A stretch of 64,000 nt of DNA from a virus (Duplodnaviria; Heunggongvirae; Uroviricota; Caudoviricetes), in the IMG/VR virus record IMGVR_UViG_3300021431_000008, one strand, 5' to 3'. The notes beneath the pieces were generated by a model, which did no database searches, was not told where the DNA came from, and saw nothing but the letters and a program-made list of their open reading frames with translations. The position numbers and the translations under genes were made by a program. Every line of letters starts with the position of its first letter. Positions within the stretch are counted from its first letter, which is position 1. Below are positions 56,053-64,000 of this stretch, piece after piece.

Positions 56053-56585
56053 TTACAGCTTTTCTACTGTAATGCTAACACGGATCTTTTGCCCGACGAA
56101 CATTGTATTCACGAACGAAATGATGCCAAGATCAATACTATCCGAAATATAACTTGTCGAGAACGTTTCAAGGTTAGGCATAGTCGGAGGAATGCATTTG
56201 CAGAGATTTACCGTTTGTTCATTCTGTTCCTCACTAGTTTCATCCACTTCGATCTCCTCATCAATGTCTCCTCGCTTCCAGGCAGCGACGGCTTCTTTAA
56301 ATAAATAGGTCTCTCTTTGCTTCGTGTGAATGTGATTTGGCTGACAGTGCTTAAGTTTCTCAAGAAGCCCTGACCGCTCAAAATGCTTACGCAAAGTCTG
56401 ATGGTTTTTTCCAAACATATGCTTTGAGATTGCATAGATGCTGACGTTATACTTTTGTGCAATGTTATCAACCCATTCTACTTGAAGATCATCCGGCATC
56501 TTTAAAAAATCTTCATATGTGTAGAAAGAATTCATATTCCAGCTTACAATAGGTCCGTGATGCTTTGCGATCTGTTTCTGACTCA
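56053..56585 (-). CDS. putative DNA-binding protein
   Basis: start trimmed to MSQKQIAKHH with GGAGG RBS; NVSIYAISKHMFGKNHQTLRKHF HTH-like segment. Confidence 0.45.
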
Positions 56586-56695
56586 TTTTATCTACCTCCA
56601 ATCTACAACTTTTGCTTTTGCATCCGTTACGTTTATGTGCTGCCGAACGCTTGAGAATTGCTCGTTCCCGATTTGTTGACTCAAAACAAAATGCT

Positions 56696-57073
56696 TCATT
56701 CGTCATCTGTCTTCTCCTCTTCCATTTTGAATCCTAGAAACTCAGCTAAGCCAAAGGAGCCATCTGCACAACAATGAGTGCATGTTGGATGCATATATCC
56801 GGCGCCCATAATATTCTTCATGAGAGATGGATCTCCAAGTTCGAAGGCAATGAGAATCGATTGGGCAGCTCCAGGTCCAGTTCGTTCAGCTTCAAAAGAC
56901 TCTCCACAAAGTTTGCATTTATAAGTAGCAATAAATTCTTTCATAAACTCAGTACCTCCATCTTCTCGCATAAGTAGAATCATAGGAATTCTTAAGCCAA
57001 ATACCTTCACGATTGAGTTCTGCCCAAAGATATTCCGAAGAACAGGGACGAGTCTTTCCGTCGTAGTAATCAT
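56696..57073 (-). CDS. Zn-ribbon protein
   Basis: CKLCGESF...CTHCC. Confidence 0.45.
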   Translation of the reverse strand: MITTTERLVPVLRNIFGQNSIVKVFGLRIPMILLMREDGGTEFMKEFIATYKCKLCGESFEAERTGPGAAQSILIAFELGDPSLMKNIMGAGYMHPTCTHCCADGSFGLAEFLGFKMEEEKTDDE

Positions 57074-57605
57074 TCACGACAGCGGATGCCAGCTTATAAT
57101 AACGATCGATAACCTGATTCTTTTCATTAAATCCGACCCACTGATTCGGTTGCGTGATGACTTCAGACAAAGTATTTGCAAAGCCGTTTCGTTGATCGAT
57201 CACTCGGTTAATTACGCATTCCAGATAGGTTTTCAGATCGCCGTCGGAATATCCATAATTTTCAACGAAGCTGTCGATGCCTGCGAGAAGCTTTGCCATT
57301 AGAATTGTTTCAGCTTCTCTTTTCTCAGCCTCAGCCTGCATTTCGGCAAGTTTGGCTGCTTCTTCAGCGCGTAGCTGGGCTTCCTGCTGAGCCAAAAGTT
57401 CCTGCTGATACTGTTCTTCTCTGAGTCGTTCGGCTGCGGCAATTCGAGACTGAATACCCATATTGGCAAGGCTGATAATCAGAGCAACAACGGCTAAACA
57501 GATGAGCCAACGATAGACGATCGGAAACCATGGAAACTTTTTCTCTAAACTGTGAGTTCTTTCAGCTTGTTCATGGAGGACGGTCTGCAGAGAATTTTTC
57601 ATCAT
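56949..57605 (-). CDS. membrane-anchored SleB/CwlJ-like cell-wall hydrolase
   Basis: N-terminal TM IVYRWLICLAVVALIISLANM; coiled coil; C-terminal ...YLECVINRVIDQRNGFANTLSEVITQPNQWVGF matching the SleB domain (VvLNRV...FPnTi.gVi.QpgQF). Confidence 0.6.
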   Translation of the reverse strand: MMKNSLQTVLHEQAERTHSLEKKFPWFPIVYRWLICLAVVALIISLANMGIQSRIAAAERLREEQYQQELLAQQEAQLRAEEAAKLAEMQAEAEKREAETILMAKLLAGIDSFVENYGYSDGDLKTYLECVINRVIDQRNGFANTLSEVITQPNQWVGFNEKNQVIDRYYKLASAVVNDYYDGKTRPCSSEYLWAELNREGIWLKNSYDSTYARRWRY

Positions 57606-58318
57606 TTCTTCTCCTTTTCTAATTGATTTAAGATTCGCATAACATTATGAATGCTTTCTTTTTTCTTGCGGTTTCGCTGTTGTCTATACCGAAGACGCTG
57701 CTTGGGTGTATTCTGCGGCATTGTTTTCAGATTCTCTTCACCGAGTCTATAAAAGTGATCATGACTCGCAATGTACTGAAGCGCTTTACCGACACTCCAC
57801 GTTGCCTTGAAATCTTCCTGACGGTGAAATGATCCTCTCATTAAAACCTTTGCCGGCAGTTCCGGATTAAATGCCTTGTAACCACGATGATTCATATGAA
57901 AAAGAACCCAATCCTGATACTGCTCTCGCCAGATAAGTTTCCAGAATCCGACTTTTGTTTTTACACAAAGAGCGTTGTCTTCCACGTCATAGTAGACATC
58001 ATAGTCGGTTGTCTTTCGATACTTATAGACAATGCCTCGAACACTCCTACAGAATTTACATTCGCAATATCCCTTTTCGACGGCTTCATCTTCCGGGATT
58101 TTTCTGCGATACTTTGGCTGAATTCGTTCTGCGTAGGGACAATACTTTTCGTGGAACACTCCCCTTTCATTTGTACTGATAATTACATTGTTCAATTTGC
58201 GTGCACCTTCCTTCCATTTTGAATTAAAAAAAAGAAGAGAAGCCGTTCCATTTAAAACGACTTCCCTCGCTGCGGGAGAACTATAGTTCTTAAAGGGTCG
58301 GGATATAGATGTCCCCAC
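57602..58318 (-). CDS. hypothetical protein
   Basis: 238 aa; CECKFCRS. Confidence 0.5.
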   Translation of the reverse strand: MGTSISRPFKNYSSPAAREVVLNGTASLLFFNSKWKEGARKLNNVIISTNERGVFHEKYCPYAERIQPKYRRKIPEDEAVEKGYCECKFCRSVRGIVYKYRKTTDYDVYYDVEDNALCVKTKVGFWKLIWREQYQDWVLFHMNHRGYKAFNPELPAKVLMRGSFHRQEDFKATWSVGKALQYIASHDHFYRLGEENLKTMPQNTPKQRLRYRQQRNRKKKESIHNVMRILNQLEKEKK

Positions 58319-58440
58319 CCAGAGAATTCTGAGTATGGGCCTGATTCATGCCATAGGCCATCAACGACAGAACTCTCTGAATCTTTCTCATCATGTTTTC
58401 TTCGCTCCTTTCTTTTCATATAATTCTTCTCACTATAGAG

Positions 58441-58458
58441 TTTGCAGAATTTACGAAT
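58441..58458 (-). promoter_or_regulatory. copy of the promoter-like box upstream of the 57602..58318 gene
   Basis: tttgcagaatttacgaat. Confidence 0.45.
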
Positions 58459-58511
58459 CGAAAAAGCGAAAAAAAATAGCCCCTGTAGATTTTACAGAGG
58501 CTATTTCATCA

Positions 58512-58808
58512 TTAAAGACCTAGCAATATTTTCGCTGCTGCCAGCTCATCTTCCAGTGCTGCGACTTTTTCCGTTAACTCGGCTCGTGACAATGGCTGTG
58601 TCGGCAGTTCTCCTTCGTCCGGAACTGGTATTACTGGATAATCATCCTCCGGGTCGGGCTCTGGTTCTACTGGAACAACTTCTATTGGAACCTCATGATA
58701 GTTTTCAATTGCATCTTTAGGCCCTAAAATAAGTGCTGTATAGAAGGCCGTCTCATCGCTATTGGCGAAAACGTAGCCTTCTGAAGGATGTAAAATTTCG
58801 AAAGCCAT
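58512..58808 (-). CDS. hypothetical acidic protein
   Basis: 98-aa ORF. Confidence 0.4.
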   Translation of the reverse strand: MAFEILHPSEGYVFANSDETAFYTALILGPKDAIENYHEVPIEVVPVEPEPDPEDDYPVIPVPDEGELPTQPLSRAELTEKVAALEDELAAAKILLGL

Positions 58809-58820
58809 TATTTCGCCTCC

Positions 58821-61800
58821 TTATGCCGAAGCTAATGTGTAATTCTTAGCCGTTGCCTTTGCGACCAGATCTTCATCCAATAAAGCAAACGTAACTGGAT
58901 TCAGAGTTAATGTTACTGGAGATTCAGATGCCGACTGATCAATTGCACATTCGATAATGCTCTTGAGCGAAACGTAATCCCATGGCGGAACACTGATTTT
59001 ACAGTCATTTGTAGTAAAATCAATGCCTTTGTCAGTTTTGAAAACGCATCTGGTCAAAGCTGTACATCCAGCAAAATCGTTAGACTTAAAAGCTCCATCC
59101 GCATAAAATTCGATCAAACTTTCAAGAGCCGAAGAATCTTTAAACAGATTACCGTAGTTGCGATAATCGAGAAGCCACTTTCCGGACCTACTCATGTCGA
59201 TTTCTGTAAAATAAGCATTGGAGAATCCACGTGAGGAATACGTATACATGGCTATAAAAGTCGTATCGCAATTCAATGAACCAACAAGACCGTAAGCAAA
59301 TCTAGTATCTAATTTAGTCAATTTTGTCCACCAGAATAAATTATCGACAACTTTACCATACGTTATAACGAACGATTCGTTGAAATTATGGGCATCGCGT
59401 CCACGATAACATGAATAAAAGGATGCTAAACCAATAATTTCAGTAAGCGATGTGCAGTTTTTTAAAAATTTTACGGGTCCCTGTGCCGACTGTACTCCGC
59501 CGTTATCATGCATATAAGGAACAAGATACGTAATATCAAGTCGCGTAAGTCCGCTCATTGATTCGAACGTACCTTTCTGATCATCTGATGAATTATGACC
59601 AGCGGTAGCTACTACAAATCCTTGTTCGTTATTGGCTAAAATAACTTCAGTCCCATAACGATACATGCTTGCTGCATCAAGATTTATGATCTCGTCTTCG
59701 CTTCCATTCGCTACATAATAACGTTTAACGGTAACACTTGTAATGGCACTACGTTCGATCGAGAATTTATCAGCCCAACTAAAAGGTAGAGGATTCGGAA
59801 AACCAGAAGTGCATATGATAGATGTATCAACCGTAAGAGTAACGTTTTTAAATAAAAACTGAAATGCGTATCCAAGCCAATCGACAAATTTTGCCATGTG
59901 AATGGATCCCGAAATGTAAGCGTCGTGTTGATAGCTACCATCTTTTGCAATCCCGTAAGACATTCTCAGTTTTCTTGTAACTTCATAAGCATCCGAAAGA
60001 TTGTCAATGTTCATATTGACATTAACGAGTCGAATACGTTGATCTTCCCGCATGCCAATCAGAATATCAGCAAGCTTATCATTTACTACCCCCGCGTTCT
60101 CAACACGGAGAGAACTAATAGTGCTATAGTCACCGTCATAAACAAACTCGGTAATGCTTGGATGATTAATGATGGTCAAAGATGCGACTGCCGGTAGATG
60201 AACTTTTTTCAGGATACCACCTTTTGGTAAATTAACGCCTGTTACTTGCGTTCCTGAAAGATAAATCTCCTCCAAGCCAAAGCAGTTACTTACATCAATT
60301 GTACCTGTCAGATTCACGCAGTTACGAAGATCAACAACTTTTAGTTTTTTGCAAGCTGAAAGATCCAAAGATTTAAGTGCGGTATTCTGTTTCACGGCAT
60401 CGCCAAGCTTCAGATATTGCAGATTAGTAGCGGCGCCGAGGGACATGTCGCTTACGTTTAGATCGATCATATCGCCCATATCGCGAACGTTCTCACAGCC
60501 ATAAATATAGCATTCGGTATCCGACATGCTTGTCAACGTACATTCCATCGTAGTCGGGACTCCGGCTTTCGCTTTGTGTTGAACCTGCTGTGAACCGTAT
60601 TTTGCTATAAGATACGTGTCATGAGCAGGCGTCAAAACCATATTCGCAACGGCATTAGCACGAAAATATACACGATTTGCTGCTGTTGTGATGGCTGCGA
60701 CCTCGTATTTGTTATCCATATATTGGAAACGATTATAGAGCCACCATTTACGTTGCTCTTCTTTCGAACCGAGGAGCATGCCAAGATATTCGTTTGTACT
60801 TTGCTCGCCTTCTGCCGGATTCGTTAATGGCTCAATGTATTTGTAATAAGCATCTTCATTGAAAATTGCTTCGGGCCACTTTGACTGATGCGCTTCAAAA
60901 CGATTTTCGGTCACCGCATATGACAGACCAGAGACACGAAGATCATTATAAACATTAGCCAGATCATCAGCAAAACAAGTGCGAAGATTTATCCAAAGAA
61001 CTGATTGCTGACCGTTATAAACATCAACGCCATCAACTTGATCTGTATCCTCTAGATATGGACCAAATGCTAACTTACCCTCGTTATTGATACCTATTGC
61101 AGTATCCATATCGTAAGGAAGAATCAGCCACTTACGATCTCCGAAGAATGTTGGGAACGCGTTTTTCGCACGAGAATCCATCAGCAGAAATAATTCAGTG
61201 AAAATATAATAAAATTCAAGTGCTTCTACATTAGCCCATTCCGACAATTCAGCTTTAAATTTCGCTAAACGATATTCGGCAGTATCAGTTGTGTAAGATT
61301 GCCCATCATACTCGACAGTTCTGCCAAGGGACGCGCCATCAGCTTGCGTTGTATCAGTAGACGCGACCCAAGCCACAAATGCCTGCAGATTCGTAATAAC
61401 AGTATTACCGTCAGGATAGCGTCCTTCAAAACTATCTTCCCATTTTGAAAAATCAGAACTTTGAAATAGAGCGATGGCATCCGTATTATTCTTAATCTCC
61501 CAGGATTCATCGCCGCTTTCAAATCCATAGACTTCCTCAGTGCCTTTATCATTGTTGAAATTATATTTTCCAACGAATTCGGTAGTTGTGCCGTCGTTAA
61601 AGAAAATAACCATCGGGAACCCGTCGATGCCTTGACGAATCATGGCGTTAGTTTTCTGTGGTTCCGTTTTATACGATGAAAAATCGTTATATAATTTTAC
61701 AAGTTCAACGTTGTTTGCGCCTTCGGAGGAAGCCACATCAGCTTTAAATGTAAATGTACTTGTGCCGATCGATTGCGACGTCATCTGATAGACGCTGCTC

Positions 61801-63806
61801 GTTTCGCCGTTTATAAAAGTAAATCCACTACGGAATTTGCATTTAAAGTTCTTTCGGGCATATCCGGCCGATGAAGTACCCTGAACATCGATCTGTACAT
61901 TTTCTGCGACAAAGCTCGGATGCGCACCAGTAGGATCTTCGAATTCAATTGTAACTGTTTTCTTATCACCTTTATATGTCGGAAGTGCCGTGCCAGTAAT
62001 AACCATGTAAGGAAGATCGCTGGGAAGTTTACTGATAACGATCTCACCATAATCGTCGTAAACGTTGTTGCGATTATAACGATCCAACATTGCATCAACA
62101 TCTTGTGTATCCGCAATCCAGTTATCGAGTATCTGATACCTGGTTAAATCATTATCGTAGATGCGAATCGTATAAATATCAACAGTTGCGTTGTTTGAAC
62201 CGATAGAAATGCCCACTGGTTGATTCTGAACGAAACTGTCAATCTCAGAATACTGAATACAGGCACTTGCAATGCCGTTAATATAGCAAAAGATTAATCT
62301 ATTATTTGTTTCTTTATTAATGACAAATGAAATCCGAACATGCTCATCTTCTTTAAATTGAGTACGTATTGTCTCCAATTGCGAAGAAAGAGTTGCTGTT
62401 TGTGGCGTGACTGCGAAACCAACGCCATCGCTCAGACAGGATATAATTGCGACCTCAGGGTCGATGGTGTCTCTGGTTGTAAATTCAAGTTCGATCGTTT
62501 TACCAGATTTTTTAAAATCTTCGGCAAAAACGTTATACGGAATCGTAACACGGGCATTACCACGAACGCGAAGACAGGTATTGCCATCTTCGTCAAGCTG
62601 CCAGCCATCCGTATCGAACATAAAGCCACTCAAGACTGCATTGTAAACATCATACGACCATTCATCAGGCACGGTTTCACTATTGCTTCGCCCACTAGCG
62701 GTCAAATATAATGCTAAGTTTTCCGTTTCAGCATGCGCGTCAATGTCGCTTTCTTTAACAGTGAGAACGATGGTTTTAACAGCATCACCGCTTGTTAGCT
62801 TTAAAGTCACATTTCCGGCAGTCGTTGCCTTATATGACCAATAATGCTGCGATCGATCAACCCCGCTTAATGTATTAACGACTTTATCGTTTACTATAAG
62901 TTCAACGTCGGCCGTTTCGCTATCGGAGTTATATACAACGAATGGAATAACGCACGTCGCAAACTGTTGAACTTCCGAATCATTCCAAGAACTTGCGATA
63001 TAAGTCCCAGAAGCACTGTAGTCAGCACATATAAAATCATAGAATAAACGATTGGATTCAATTAGCTGCTCGTCAATGGAAACCGTAAAATAAACTTCAA
63101 AAGTATGCGTCCCGTTTTCAAGTTTACCGATATAATAATTACCCTGTCGACCGCTTGTCGAGATCATTTCCGTTGCGATTTCGGTACCGTCAAGGACAAA
63201 GTGCATAAGCTTATTACCGTATCCGGTCGCAACATACTGATACATGATCCCGTTTGTAAAAATCTGCGTTCCATCGAAAGAAGATGACAGAATATACGAC
63301 AGATAGTTAACGGTAAAATTAATCGTACGCATGTTGCCGTACACATCGGAAACAGTAAGCTTTACATTATTCGTACCGATTGTCAGAAAACTGCCGATAT
63401 TAACGCTGACATCTCCCTGAGAAACGGTACGAATTAACTTCTGAACATTATTGATGCGAATGGTAAGACTGCCGTCGCCAGTCGGAAAATCATCTTCGAT
63501 CGAACTCCAATTAACGGACAGAGTGCATTGCGGTTGAGATACAGTCGCGGCAAGCCAGCCTGTTGTATTCGTGACAGTAAGAACCGCGTTATTACCGCCT
63601 CCGCCGCCTCCCCCTCCGCCGCCTTCAAGATAGATACCGTTCTCTGAGCGGACTCCTCGAAAGGTTGGATACACATATTTTGTGTCGGGATCTTGTTCAA
63701 GGCCGAGGTCGTCGCTATTGACTTCGATACCGTCAGGGATATTATCTAAATCAGTGAAGCTATATTTTTCAAGTTTTCCGTTAATCGTAAAACCACCGAC
63801 ACTCAT
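58821..63806 (-). CDS. giant tail-fibre / receptor-binding-like protein (poly-Gly tract, Ig-like repeats, leucine-rich repeats)
   Basis: 1661 aa after start correction to MSVGGFT (GGAGG 8 nt upstream; ATGA overlap with the upstream gene's stop); G11 run; LRR segment LKLGDAVKQNTALKSLDLSACKKLKVVDLRNCVNLTGTIDVSNCFGLEEIYLSG. Confidence 0.65.
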   Translation of the reverse strand: MSVGGFTINGKLEKYSFTDLDNIPDGIEVNSDDLGLEQDPDTKYVYPTFRGVRSENGIYLEGGGGGGGGGGNNAVLTVTNTTGWLAATVSQPQCTLSVNWSSIEDDFPTGDGSLTIRINNVQKLIRTVSQGDVSVNIGSFLTIGTNNVKLTVSDVYGNMRTINFTVNYLSYILSSSFDGTQIFTNGIMYQYVATGYGNKLMHFVLDGTEIATEMISTSGRQGNYYIGKLENGTHTFEVYFTVSIDEQLIESNRLFYDFICADYSASGTYIASSWNDSEVQQFATCVIPFVVYNSDSETADVELIVNDKVVNTLSGVDRSQHYWSYKATTAGNVTLKLTSGDAVKTIVLTVKESDIDAHAETENLALYLTASGRSNSETVPDEWSYDVYNAVLSGFMFDTDGWQLDEDGNTCLRVRGNARVTIPYNVFAEDFKKSGKTIELEFTTRDTIDPEVAIISCLSDGVGFAVTPQTATLSSQLETIRTQFKEDEHVRISFVINKETNNRLIFCYINGIASACIQYSEIDSFVQNQPVGISIGSNNATVDIYTIRIYDNDLTRYQILDNWIADTQDVDAMLDRYNRNNVYDDYGEIVISKLPSDLPYMVITGTALPTYKGDKKTVTIEFEDPTGAHPSFVAENVQIDVQGTSSAGYARKNFKCKFRSGFTFINGETSSVYQMTSQSIGTSTFTFKADVASSEGANNVELVKLYNDFSSYKTEPQKTNAMIRQGIDGFPMVIFFNDGTTTEFVGKYNFNNDKGTEEVYGFESGDESWEIKNNTDAIALFQSSDFSKWEDSFEGRYPDGNTVITNLQAFVAWVASTDTTQADGASLGRTVEYDGQSYTTDTAEYRLAKFKAELSEWANVEALEFYYIFTELFLLMDSRAKNAFPTFFGDRKWLILPYDMDTAIGINNEGKLAFGPYLEDTDQVDGVDVYNGQQSVLWINLRTCFADDLANVYNDLRVSGLSYAVTENRFEAHQSKWPEAIFNEDAYYKYIEPLTNPAEGEQSTNEYLGMLLGSKEEQRKWWLYNRFQYMDNKYEVAAITTAANRVYFRANAVANMVLTPAHDTYLIAKYGSQQVQHKAKAGVPTTMECTLTSMSDTECYIYGCENVRDMGDMIDLNVSDMSLGAATNLQYLKLGDAVKQNTALKSLDLSACKKLKVVDLRNCVNLTGTIDVSNCFGLEEIYLSGTQVTGVNLPKGGILKKVHLPAVASLTIINHPSITEFVYDGDYSTISSLRVENAGVVNDKLADILIGMREDQRIRLVNVNMNIDNLSDAYEVTRKLRMSYGIAKDGSYQHDAYISGSIHMAKFVDWLGYAFQFLFKNVTLTVDTSIICTSGFPNPLPFSWADKFSIERSAITSVTVKRYYVANGSEDEIINLDAASMYRYGTEVILANNEQGFVVATAGHNSSDDQKGTFESMSGLTRLDITYLVPYMHDNGGVQSAQGPVKFLKNCTSLTEIIGLASFYSCYRGRDAHNFNESFVITYGKVVDNLFWWTKLTKLDTRFAYGLVGSLNCDTTFIAMYTYSSRGFSNAYFTEIDMSRSGKWLLDYRNYGNLFKDSSALESLIEFYADGAFKSNDFAGCTALTRCVFKTDKGIDFTTNDCKISVPPWDYVSLKSIIECAIDQSASESPVTLTLNPVTFALLDEDLVAKATAKNYTLASA

Positions 63807-64000
63807 GCTGCAGCCTCCCATCCATAAACGCCGGGTTCCCAAACATTACCGTCGCCGAAGGTATTAATCCAATGCTGACCATTGTGACTTACCTTAGCAT
63901 TAGCGGCATAAGCGTCTTGAGCACCGGTAGGCTGTCTCCATTCAGGCCACTCTTCACCAGGCTCATCGACTCGAGTCCAGATCGCCGGAACAAGATGAGG
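63803..64000 (-). CDS. partial CDS (N-terminus beyond the window): C-terminal CBM5/12-like carbohydrate-binding module, probable tail fibre/adhesin
   Basis: hand translation of the rc gives ...EWRQPTGAQDAYAANAKVSHNGQHWINTFGDGNVWEPGVYGWEAAA*, matching CBM5/12 (AY..G..V.YNG..Y.a.wW..g..P). Confidence 0.5.
   Translation of the reverse strand, partial: PHLVPAIWTRVDEPGEEWPEWRQPTGAQDAYAANAKVSHNGQHWINTFGDGNVWEPGVYGWEAAA

Overview
The window is dense, almost entirely minus-strand phage DNA with no recognisable host genes, most likely a large temperate phage or prophage interior of a spore-forming Bacillota host. The host call rests on strong AGGAGG ribosome-binding sites (RBS), an endolysin with a PG_binding_1 domain, and a SleB-like cortex-lytic enzyme homologue.

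Recognisable modules:
- **Lysis and virion (0–5.5 kb):** an endolysin and an HNH endonuclease.
- **Replication and transcription (6.5–16.7 kb):**
  - a 1040-aa protein carrying both double-psi beta-barrels (DPBBs) of multisubunit RNA polymerase (RNAP); the first matches the beta subunit (KMPEGVDIVFN) and the second matches beta' (ADYDGD);
  - it is a single-polypeptide RNAP of the kind known from B. subtilis prophage SPbeta (YonO), here with extra sigma-region-4-like helix-turn-helix (HTH) modules;
  - a PD-(D/E)XK nuclease, a VRR-NUC nuclease and an SF2 helicase;
  - a 1409-aa fused replicase containing an SF3 helicase P-loop, primase-like motifs (archaeo-eukaryotic primase, AEP) and a family-B polymerase with ExoI–III and motifs B and C;
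  - an iteron-like TTGACAT repeat region immediately upstream of the replicase.
- **Membrane and structural candidates (17–24 kb):** these include three paralogous two-transmembrane (2-TM) proteins.
- **Accessory region (24–58 kb):** dozens of small genes with a nucleotide-metabolism set: dCTP deaminase, a guanylate-kinase-like kinase, a P-loop kinase, and a divergent ThyX-fold protein lacking the RHR/SxxRY motifs. It also holds an SPFH protein, lysozyme-like proteins, HTH regulators and three tRNAs (Met-CAT, Gln-TTG, Leu-TAA).
- **Integration (49.8–51.0 kb):** the only long plus-strand gene is a tyrosine integrase at 49777..50823. It is followed by a tRNA 3'-end fragment flanked by AAACTGCACACG arm-type repeats, which reads as an attP-like site.
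- **Tail (58.8–64 kb):** a 1661-aa leucine-rich repeat (LRR) and Ig-like tail-fibre protein, and a partial upstream protein whose C-terminus is CBM5/12-like.

The most striking non-coding signal is a repeated cassette of about 35 copies, mostly at 45–55 kb. On the minus strand each copy reads: terminator hairpin, T-tract, CG(T/C)AAAWTTNACA, TATAAT at fixed spacing, then RBS and ATG. These are candidate phage-specific promoters for the encoded single-chain RNAP.
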